DNA from: Chiloscyllium plagiosum
Lineage: Eukaryota
Direction: 5' to 3'
Assembly: GCF_004010195.1 (NCBI RefSeq)
Contig: NW_025215231.1
Span: 5,170 to 47,033 of the forward strand
DNA: 41,864 bases
A program made the position numbers and the translations under genes. Shown here piece by piece: positions 1 through 10,028 of the stretch (within the stretch, counting starts at the first letter, position 1; the number at the start of each line of letters is the position of its first letter). The notes beneath the pieces are model-generated. The model saw nothing but the letters and a program-made list of their open reading frames with translations. It did not search any database and was not told the origin of the DNA.

Positions 1-808
1 CACACGTTTTAGACAGCACTAATGAAAAGTGAACACTCACAAAGACATTACAAGATAAGCATAGGCAGCAACGAAGTGGCATATTAGCATGATGATGCTT
101 ACACACTGGGAAAAGACCAAACTTTAGGTGCACAAACACATGAGCACACCAGCAGTAAAGGAACAGGAATATGTTTATTCATGCACAGACTCCAACATGG
201 GCAAGAGTGAAGTAAGAGACTCTCATTATCACATACACAAACATTAAAGGAAAACCAAACACACCAAGCAGTAGATCAAATAAATGAAGGGACACACGTA
301 CAGAAACTTATTCCGAAATATACAGATCCTACAAACAAAAATATGAAGCAATGTCCTGACTGTGATGTCACTTATATTCATGATTTGCCAAACAATTGGA
401 CACCAATACATAAAGATGAGAATCACATTTGAACTTTTATTCAGGGATGGCCACACTTTTTAACTAAACTGCTTTCACAGCCTATATTTAACATATAATG
501 ATATAATTAAAATAATCTTTCGTCATAAGTATTCCTCAAATAATAATATCCTTAAACAATAGATTAAAATAAAAATAAGTTAAAACATTCTGACATGGAC
601 AATGAAGAAAGAACATGTGCAGTTAGTATTTGTGATTTCATGCTGAGAGTCAATAATGCACTAATAGATACAGATAAGAGTCACACTTGAGAAATACCTG
701 ACTGCTTTATGAAGATGTAATGGTCTCTAATTACATTACTTGAATGCAGATAGATCGATCTGGATCAATAAACAATCTAAATGGGTTCTCTCGGCTTTAT
801 ATTCATAG

Positions 809-936
809 ATTCAATAGATCGCACTTGGATTGAAGACTGTGAGGATGATAACAGCAACATCTGGAAAACTGCTTCCACGTCCATCACCTTGTTCTTCCTG
901 AGTATTTTCTACAGCGCTGCCGTCACTTTTGTGAAG
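809..936 (+). CDS. Immunoglobulin heavy-chain transmembrane exon TM1 (cartilaginous-fish type, probably IgM; IgW/IgNAR not excluded)
   Basis: Acceptor tttatattcatAG at 807-808 gives a phase-1 start. Encodes (D)SIDRTWIEDCEDDNSNIWKTASTSITLFFLSIFYSAAVTFVK: an acidic spacer plus a TM helix matching IgM [27 protein letters not shown], including the conserved YS pair. Donor AAG|GTGAGA at 937. Confidence 0.93.
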
Positions 937-1075
937 GTGAGAATAATCACATCTTTCTCACGCCAAGCAGCCCAATAGGTTTTGTGAAATCTCTCAGTGT
1001 GCCATTCAATAAACATTAAATCTGAAAGTCCCTGATCATAAATATCTGCGTCATTGTTTTATCTCTCTTTCCCAG

Positions 1076-1084
1076 GTTAAGTAA
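1076..1084 (+). CDS. IgH TM2 exon (Val-Lys-stop), completing the KVK cytoplasmic tail
   Basis: Polypyrimidine tract and acceptor atctctctttcccAG (1074-1075) are followed by GTT AAG TAA. The TM1-TM2 intron is 139 nt. This is the canonical IgM TM1/TM2 layout. Confidence 0.9.
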   Translation, partial: VK

Positions 1085-1511
1085 ATGAGTTGTGGGCTCC
1101 TTTGATTTACCTGATATGCTTCTCAAGGTCTCTGAATTGCCAATCTACAATCTGTCCTGTTGCTGACTCTAACAGTGAGATTACTTCAGTTTATCAGCGT
1201 GTAACTGAGACAATTATTGATGGATTTTCGTTTTTACTTTTATATCTTTGAGATGGTTGTGGTTGGAAGAATTTGTAGCTTCTCAGTTGTTTGAATCCGA
1301 TTTGTTTTCTTTTTATTTGTTCCTTACTCAGAATGGTTGCCTACCCTTTCTGATGAGCTTTTGTATTCCCTTTCTTGTGACTGTTACTGATGTACAGAAA
1401 ATTCCCAGCTCACAGCGCATGTGTTCTCATCTCAATGGCATCCAGCCATTATATTCACTTCTGTTAGCTTTTACATCAACTTTTTGGATAAAAATGCTTT
1501 CTGAAATGGTT

Positions 1512-1517
1512 AATAAA
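1512..1517 (+). terminator. Probable poly(A) signal of the membrane-form IgH mRNA
   Basis: First AATAAA I found after the TM2 stop, about 430 nt downstream, followed by T/GT-rich sequence. Confidence 0.55.
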
Positions 1518-2419
1518 TCTTGAATGAATATTTACTAACCTTGAGTTTGCTTAATTCTTTCTTCAAGGCCAGTCAGTAATAATACATTTTCCCACATCCT
1601 ACTCCTTTCCCAGCTAAGTAACTCACTTGTTCTGCTTGGTTGTGTTTCATCCAGTCATTTAGCTTAATACTGCGCTGCGATGCAGCCCACTAATGTAAAT
1701 ACATTTTCACACGATATGCCTGATGGAACACTCCAGAGGCAGAATGATTAGAGAACATTTCCTCTTATGCGCAAAGGGTCACGACCTCGGGTCACCTAAT
1801 GATACAAATTAGGAGCTTTGCTCCACCAGAAGCCGAAAAAAGGCAGGCAAAGGAGTTTGAAAGTTTACTTTACACCGTCTAAACTAAAAGTACTCCCAAT
1901 GTCGGGACAGCCTAGGTTAGTAATGCAGAAATCACCACCTAAAGCGCCCAACGAAACATTCATCAGCCAAAAATGTCAGATTTCAGTCAGGTATTCAGAC
2001 ACAACACGTGTACAATCCAAGGGCGGATTCTCAGAACTGGAGTTTTTCTCACACATCAATCTCATGGAGCACAATTCCTGGGATCGACTTGACACACCAC
2101 ACCTGTCAAATCCTAAGGAATGAGACTGAGATCTATCTGATACAGGGATATTACTGAACAGCAACCCTCAAAAATAATAAATCAGAGGTCGATGTTGTTC
2201 AGGCAAGGCAGAGGTCATGAGTAGTTGAAATATTCAGCCATGGGGATCTATATGACGCAAGACGGAATTGAGAACCAATAACAGCAACTGTTCACAGAGT
2301 CAGGAAACTATCAGCAGAGGAGAACAGCCCCAATTTTTCAAAGTTGGTGAGGTGTATCATCCCGGGAATAGTGTTGTGAATCAGTCACGCACCCAATCTC
2401 ATAACTTCGCTTTTTTTTT

Positions 2420-2985
2420 TCAAACACATGGCACCTGAAACTAGATGCAACATTCCAGGTGAGACAAGAGACTGTTTTATCTTAGTTTAACATAATTACT
2501 TTGTGTTTGTTCTCTACAGCGTTATTGATGAAGTAGAGTGTATTTGCTCTTCTGTCCATGTGTCATGGTACATTCCCTGATTTGTGCACATATACACGGG
2601 GGATCTTCTGCTCCTTCACCCCTTTGGGTTTACACCCTTACTATTGTATGTTCCACTGAGTTCATCACTAAACAAAGAAGCACGTCAAACCTCTCTAAGA
2701 CTGAGATCTATCTGACACACCGATATTAATGAGTAACAATCCTCAAACATTATAAATCATAGGTTGATTTCGATCAGGGAAGGCAGAGATTAGAAGTTCT
2801 GGAAACCCTGCTGCTTTCTGTGTCCTGTCCCACAACCCCTCTGTCAAACTTGATGCTCTTAGCTGTTCTTCCAATATCCTAACATTTTACCTTAAATTGC
2901 TATTAATATTTTTCTGTAATTTTGCATTATAGACCAAAGCACAGGTTGAAACAACAAGGACTCCAAACACTGAACTCTGGGAACG
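2420..2985 (-). mobile_element. Very old CR1-like LINE ORF2 3' fragment
   Basis: Degenerate similarity to the antisense RT C-terminal region of the other CR1 copies in the window (e.g. gatttgtgcacatatacac...tctgctccttcacccc). No ORF remains. Confidence 0.4.
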
Positions 2986-3329
2986 TACACGATAAGGCAA
3001 TCTACATTCTGAAACGGCAAACATCCGTTAACAAATGGTTGACAAGTACAAAACAGCGAATGAGATTAATTTGAACTCATCAAAATAAAAGGAAAGTACT
3101 CTGGAGGTACAGCGGTGTAGGCAACACCTGGGCAGACAGAATGGAGTTCGTTTTTTAAAACTCTTGTTTATATCCGGAATTTTCCTTCCACACAACGTAA
3201 CTTTTTATTTCCCAACATCAAGTCACCCATAGTACCTTTATTTTCAGCTACTAACCATCACCAGTAAATTGAATAATTTATGTTCAAAGCCCCACCTACC
3301 ATCAAAGATACGGCAGAGGTAGGAAGAGC

Positions 3330-4232
3330 TAGAAGGAGATTTGAGTCAATTTTTCTTGTCGTGAAACATTACTGCTGTTCTAACACAAGATATTTCTGAG
3401 GAATGGTCTAGTGAAGTTATGTGGATGGAACTCATAAATAAGAAAAGCATGATTACTTTGATGCAATTGTAGTAGTCCCCCCAGTAGTCAGAGTGAAATT
3501 GAGTAACAAGTATGTAGAGAGATCTTATTTATCCATAAGAATAATAGGATTGTAATAATCGCAAATTTTAACCTTCCAAACATATAGTGGAATAGCCATG
3601 TTCTTAAGAGCTTGGATGTTGAGGGATTTGGTAAGTGCTAAAGTCAATTTTCTTCATTAATATGCAGATGTAACTACCACAGAAGGAGCAAACCTGACCT
3701 ACTCTTGTGATATAAGGCAGGGCAAGTGACCGAATGGTTAGTAGGGGAGCTTTTTGGGGCCGGGGTATAATTTGATTAGTTGTAAAATATCTATGGAAAG
3801 GATTGGCATTATATATAAGTTAAAGTTCTTAATTGGACTAGGGCAAATTTTGATAGTATGAGACAAAAACTTTCAAGCGTTGATTGGAGTAGACTGTTTG
3901 CAGCTCAAGGGACGGCCGGCAAGAGTGAAGCTTTCAGAAGTGAGATAACGAGAGTTCAGAGGCGTGATGTTCCTGTTAGTGTGAAGGTATGGCTGGTAAG
4001 AGGAGGGACCACTGGAGGAATAAAAATATTGAGGCTCTGGTTCAGATTAAGAATGAATCGTATATTAGATATAGAGAAATGAGATCAAGGGAATCTCGAA
4101 GAGTACAAGAGGTGCAGGGACATTCTAAAGAGGGAAATGAGGAGGGCAAGAAAGGAAAATGAGATAGCCTTGGGAGATAATGTTAATTATAATCCAAAGA
4201 GATTCGACTAGTACATTAAGAGCAAAGGGGTA
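3330..4232 (+). mobile_element. Decayed CR1 LINE fragment (APE endonuclease to linker of ORF2)
   Basis: Translates patchily as WMELINKKSMITL and RQKLSSVDWSRLF and ends at YIKSKGV. Multiple stops and frameshifts. Confidence 0.75.
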
Positions 4233-4680
4233 GATCATAGAGTCATAGAGATGTACAACTTGGAAACAGATCTTTCAGTCTCACTTGCCCATGCTGACCA
4301 GATATCCTAAACTAATCTAGTCCCATTTGCCAGTACTTCACCCATATCCCTCTAAATCCTTCACATTCGTATACACACTCAGATTCCTTTTAAATGTTGA
4401 AATTGCACCAGCCTCCACCGCTTCCTCTGGCAGTTCATTCCATACACACCATCCTCTGCATGAAAAAGTTACTCCTTACGTACTTTCAACTTTTTCCCCT
4501 CTCATTCTAAACCTATACTCACGAGTATACGTTTAGATGAGACTCCACCCACCCCAGGGAAAAGACCTTGTCTATTCACCGCATCCATGCCTCTGATGAT
4601 TTTGTCAACCTTTATAAAGTAACCCCTCAGCCTCCAGCGCTCCAGACAAGTCAGCCCCAGCCTATTCAGCCTCTCCCTAA
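4233..4680 (-). mobile_element. CR1 LINE 3' end fragment
   Basis: Antisense short-repeat tail (catagagtcatagag), then 3' UTR, then the antisense RLNRLGL-type ORF2 end. Confidence 0.8.
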
Positions 4681-5099
4681 ATAACTCTACATGGCTGTGA
4701 ATATGTATAAGCCTAGAGGGATGGCTTCATAAATCATGTTGCATTTTATATAAATGCTGTTTTTTTTTTATTATCATTTAGTTTAAAATGTAGGATGGGT
4801 GCCTTTTAAATTTTATACCAGTAGCACAGAAAGACCTGGGGAAATAAACTGCAATAAAAAAGAAATGGACAAAAGGTTATTGCACTACGGATAATCTCAC
4901 CATATCATTCGAGTAAAATATAATTTCCTGTTTTGATCTTGCAGATAATAGAGTCTATTAATTAGTCCTGTGTTTGTAATAATTTTCATCTATCTGTCAT
5001 TCTACATTTAGTTGTCATAGTTAACGTGGGGATTACTGCAAATCTCTAAAAATTCAAAACAAAATAAAGGAGAACTGCAAATTAAATATTGTGTCTAAT

Positions 5100-5990
5100 T
5101 ACTACAAAAAATTAGCAATTCAATGACACCAAATTGGAAAGGAATGTTGAAACGTAGCCAATTCTGAGGACTACAAGAAGTTGCAAGAGATCATTAATTA
5201 ATTTACGGTATGTTCAAATAATTAGCAAATGAAGATCCACACAGATAAACGTAAGGTGTTACATCTTGGTAGGAATAATGTTCAGGTCATTTATTCGAAG
5301 ATGCTCGTCTCAGTGAGGGAGACAAACAAAGGGATCTCAGACAATTACATCAGTCACTAACAATTTCACCATAGCTTCCAAAGGCCATGAAACTGCAAAC
5401 AAAGCTCTAAGCTTTATCTCTAAAGGAACAGATTTGAAAGTAGGGTCCCTATAAAAATTTGGTTGACTATAATTAAGAGTATTGCCTGTAGTTCGAGTTG
5501 ACATATTATAGAATGTATGAGACAGTGTGAAGAGAAAATTTATAAGAATGCTACGCAAGTTTCTGGCTGTGTATATCGAGGAAGAATTGTTGTGCTGTTC
5601 ACTTTTCTCTTGAAAAGAAGGATGACAGTTCTAAAATTATGAAAGGTTTTGAAAAGAGAAGGTAAAGAGAAAACATTTTACTATGGGGTAGAACATAACT
5701 AGAGGCTGTCAATATAAGATGGTACCTCAAGCAATCCAAAAGGGAATTCAGAAGAAACCTCTTCACTGAAAGAATAATGAGAACGGAGAATATGTGACCA
5801 GACGGAATAGTTGAAATTAATAATTTAGATGTATTTCAAGGAAACTAGGCGAGCACTTGGAAGGGATGGAATAGAGAATTACAATGGGAGATTTAGATGA
5901 GGGAAGATGTGAAAGATTTTGAGTGGAACATAAGCACTGGCATGAACTGATTGTATCAAATGGTCTGTTTTTCCTCTGTAATCCTATGTA
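5100..5990 (+). mobile_element. Old CR1 LINE RT C-terminus and 3' UTR
   Basis: Remnants of DTKL, QMK...DKRKVLHLGRNN and a CR1-type 3' UTR. Heavily diverged. Confidence 0.65.
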
Positions 5991-6169
5991 GAAAATCAAC
6001 ATTGTATGAAACAAAAAAGTATATTCAGAACATCTAGAAGAATTATGAAGTTTCTCACAAAAAAGTCTGAAGTATTTTGCACTAAATGTTAATGATTTTA
6101 TCACTTGGCCACACTTCACTATTTGCTTGATAGCACTGAAACAGCAGTAATCACAGTACTCTTACTAGG

Positions 6170-6480
6170 AGTAGGAGTAACCCAGTGTCCATGCACCAAT
6201 TGGGGGATCCTAATGACTGATTAATGGCCTCAGTATGACCTGCCAAACTGGTCCTGGGAATGTTGTGTACACTCTCGCCCTCACGGCTTCTTTCACTCAC
6301 TTCTTCTGATTTCCAGTTCCCGTAATGATCGCCACCATGGACAGGAGACTGTTCCAGTATGCAGATGGGATACCCTGTTATGAGCCATAAGGTACTTCAT
6401 TAGGAGGGTCATCCTCCAGGTGTGTCTTTAGGATGCAGGAGGAGGTCTCCCACACAATGGCGAACCCACCTATTGCTAAT
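6170..6480 (-). mobile_element. Possible RTE-clade LINE 3' remnant
   Basis: The minus strand gives CILKTHLEDDPPNEVP and a frameshifted (Y)GELEIRR, resembling the RTE C-terminal RILGISWQDRVPNEEVL and LYGEL motifs. Weak. Confidence 0.3.
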
Positions 6481-6842
6481 AAACTGCCAGCATTGGCTGG
6501 AACAGACTCTACATTGACCACCTGAGTGGCCATCCTTTCCCGAATTTGGGATCAATAAAATACTACAGAGGTAGAAATATGAGAGGCACTGAAACTCCTT
6601 CCTTCCCTTATCATCTTCCACCCTATTCTCCACCTAATGACCTTGCTGCCTGTCCCTGGGGCTGATAGAACCCAGTCCCATTCCAATATTCAAGAACATG
6701 AAGAGCTGGAAAACTGGTCAAAACTGATAAAACTTAACACAAACACTCTTTACCTGACTGTCAAATTCTAAAGTGTAACTTGAGATGAGTTCACAAAAAA
6801 TGGCAGAAGTACCGAAACAACCACTTCCATCCACCAGAAACA

Positions 6843-8838
6843 AATTCCTATGATTGGAAATGGGTGGTCCGCTATTTGGAATGGAGCAGTGCATTTGGAA
6901 AGTTAATCAGGAGCAGCAATGTTTTGTGTCGGACGTGTGCACAGTTTGAAGCCGTTTGCTGAGTCAGTTTTGCTAATGGTTTGGCAAATACATTCCAAAT
7001 AGAATCAATTAAATCTGCCAAAGTGGACATTAAGTACTCACATTTATGAGTTGCTTTAACTGGAAAAGGATGCACCGAATGCCAAACAGGAGAATGTTGG
7101 TGGCATGTATCAGAAGAGTTAGGGCCAATGACCAGAAACATGAAACAGGCTTTTAAGCAAGCTTTCAAAAAGAGAATGAGTATCAGAGGGCATCTGAGGA
7201 AGTTTATCAGTAGAGTCCAGCCAATTAAGGCGGTTTGACTATACTCATGGACAAAAAGAAGACATAGAGCAATCAGAGAACCAAAGAACAGCATGTATAT
7301 ATGAAGGGTACGAGAGAGCACATGGATCAAGCCCTTGAAGACTTTAGAGATAGACATAAGTTTACATTCAATACATTTGATGATAATGAGCCAGTTGAGA
7401 TCTCTGTCCTTTCGCGAGACGCACAAATTTAAGTTTAGCTGTCTTGTCCAGGCCAGCATTAAATGGGGTTTTTATTTGCACTGTGCACATCTCCTGATTT
7501 CAGAAGGTATCTTAGCTTTGTTAATGCAATATAATGTATGCTCCACAGTTTCAGCAATTTATGAAATAGCAGATAACAGAAATGAACAACTTTCCAAATC
7601 TGTCTTTCAACAGCCAGACTAATACAATTTTCAAAGATGATCTGCATTAACAAAGTGGCAAAGTGGGCTTGTCAGGGGGTTAATATCATTTCAAATTCTA
7701 AAACTAGATTCCATTTTAATCATATCATCTGGATGTTGGATTCTCCATTAGCAAAAGGTTCCCATATTCAAATGGTTGCTTGCAAATACAGCAAATAATT
7801 GCTGTAAAATATGACTTCTTTTTCTTTTTCTGTCTTGCATTCAGCATGATCGTTGCAAGAATTTTGACATAAAGGGACAAGAACATTTTACACTACACAA
7901 GAAAAGAGTTTTGATGTTTTGGAAAGTGCACAATGATTGATTGAGATTTTACCAATGGAAAATGGACTGGTCAGATGGTGACAGTCAGTTGACAGCTAAA
8001 CTTTGTTAAATTTTCAATTGGCAGATTGCCTGAGTGATCACGGTGTTGCCCTGCCACATAAATCAGGGAATGGCCATCATCAAATTAGCCGAATCACAAC
8101 AAGCATTGGCAGTTAACTGCCAATCATTACCTGGTCAATTCTCCACGCCTTTAACAATCAGGACTCATTGCCCAGACAGATTGAATGCTTTCTCCCTTTT
8201 GATTGGTATTCTTGAGGGTGTCCTGATGTGTACAATACTAAAGACTTAAATTTGAAAACAAAAACTTTACTTTTATCAATACTCAAATTTCCATGTCGTT
8301 CCACCTGGCAGAGGTGAAAAGGTATCACACCTGCAATGAACTGGGAAAGTTCTGCACTGGTCTCAGAGAAAAAAAAAACAGCAACAATGTTCTTGTGGAG
8401 AGAGAAGAATAGTATTACTTTGCCTTTGATTCTATACAGCAAGAATTTCAAACCAACGAGGAACAGAAATAAACAGAGACAAACCACATGCACATACAAA
8501 CAGCACTCGATTGTTTAAAGTAACAGAGAGAAATTCTGCACGAGCAGAAAAACTACTTGTTATTCTGAATAGTGAATGTGGCACCAAAAGCACCCTTGTG
8601 ATAATGACAGTTTGAAAATCTAGCCCACAGTTTGCAGTAGTTGAAGAATTGTTCATTCTGTTATGGGCCCCGCTCAGTTCCGACGCCAGTATGTGACCAC
8701 AGATTCAGATTGTTTTTAAAGGCAGATATCAATATGACGTTGCACAGTGGCAGCAGCACGGCTATCTTATGGACAGCACAAAAGAGATCTCACACACATT
8801 GGCTCTTTAATAAAGAAATGGGCAAACCTCAGAGATAG
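6843..8838 (+). pseudogene. Highly decayed hAT-family (ZNF862-like) transposase relic
   Basis: Three motifs in the expected order. TTF-type Zn-finger-like YDWKWVVRYLEW...LCRTCAQF...SFANGLANTFQIESIKS (6843-7047). TILMD...KEQHVYMK near 7238, resembling the first catalytic-Asp strand. PLSS/VCDHRFRL and HW...KPQR near 8670-8835, resembling the hATC dimerisation motif. Many stops and frameshifts; no TIRs identified. Confidence 0.45.
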
Positions 8839-10028
8839 GGAAATGTAAAAACAGGAGCCACTAACATGATTTCATCCAATTCGATAGTAACTGATACCTG
8901 ATTGCCAAATTCAGCTGCCACTTGAAAGGATGCAAGAAGCCCCATAAGGAGATACTCCAAATTTCACTTGTTTCTGTGTCACATTATCGCAAGAGAGTTT
9001 TGTAATTGCCTTCTAGCAAACATTATTTGTTTCCACAAACCACATAGGTTTGACAGAGAAGCATTGGCTCTGATCAGAGATTAGAACCGAATAGTGCAGA
9101 ACCACATCATAACTCATCTCGAGAAGCTGTGTCAATGGGTGTTTGGGTTTACAGTGCCTCTGTGTTCTGAGCTTCGGCGCCAATCTCTCGCTGTTCCCTA
9201 GTTTTTCTGGTAAGTTGCGGTTCCAGTCAGTGTGTATTTCATCATTGTCCCAGGTTATAGAGGTTTCAGTATCAGTGAGTTCACCAGGATAGCACATTGG
9301 GTAAATCAGCAGTGGCTCCACTAAAAAGGCTTTTTTAAATCCTGAGGCTCATCGAACAGCATATCTTTATCCCTGTTAAATGACCTAATAGCAATTAACA
9401 ACATTATATTTGATCTGCTATATTTTCCATTACTGACTGCAATGAAGTTACCTCGTGGGATATAGAAACTCGCCAATATCAGTAAAAACCTCTTAAAATT
9501 TGGGCAAAGCCCAGGCTATTGACTTAAGAGAATAAACTCCATACAATAATGCAACAAAGAAAAGCAGATTGAAGTCAAATAATGCACAGATTTGATGAAG
9601 AGAAAACCCCCTCTACCCTAGCAGGAAGGCAAGTAGAAAAGTTGTGCATTTATATAACATCTTAATGCAATCTCAGAGTATCCTAAACAACTATTTCCAG
9701 AACTCTGAAACAAATGCAGAACCCCTTGTGGCCACTGTCAACTACATGCTATCAAACCCAGGGAATCAGAGGTGGAAATATCAGCATGTGCCCATGTAAC
9801 AGTTTATAATGTGTGTTTAATATCTCCTCTCGAGTAACGAGCAAAATTGTTTCGCGGTATGAACACTAAATGAGAATAGGTCACTTGGCCCCTCGAGCCT
9901 GCCCCACCATTCAATAAGATCCTGACTGACCCGATTTTAACAAGCTTATAAAACATTCAGCTGACAATATCCCGCTTTACCTTCTCTTATTCTATCATTT
10001 TAATGTATTTCACTACACATCTATTCTA

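Noticed and set aside
1-450. CA-rich stretch and a 70-aa minus-strand ORF
   Set aside because: Low-complexity intronic sequence upstream of TM1; no CH or secretory exon is recognisable.
6872-7459. 195-aa hydrophobic minus-strand ORF
   Set aside because: No recognisable motif, and it is antisense to the putative hAT relic.
8743-8785. RSS heptamer CACAGTG
   Set aside because: No acceptable nonamer at 12- or 23-nt spacing.
9138-9215. J-segment reading (LSFGANLSLF...|GTAAGT) after an RSS-like sequence
   Set aside because: Lacks FGxGT/WGxGT, the spacer is 11 nt and the heptamer is imperfect. Kept only as part of the low-confidence V/leader relic finding.
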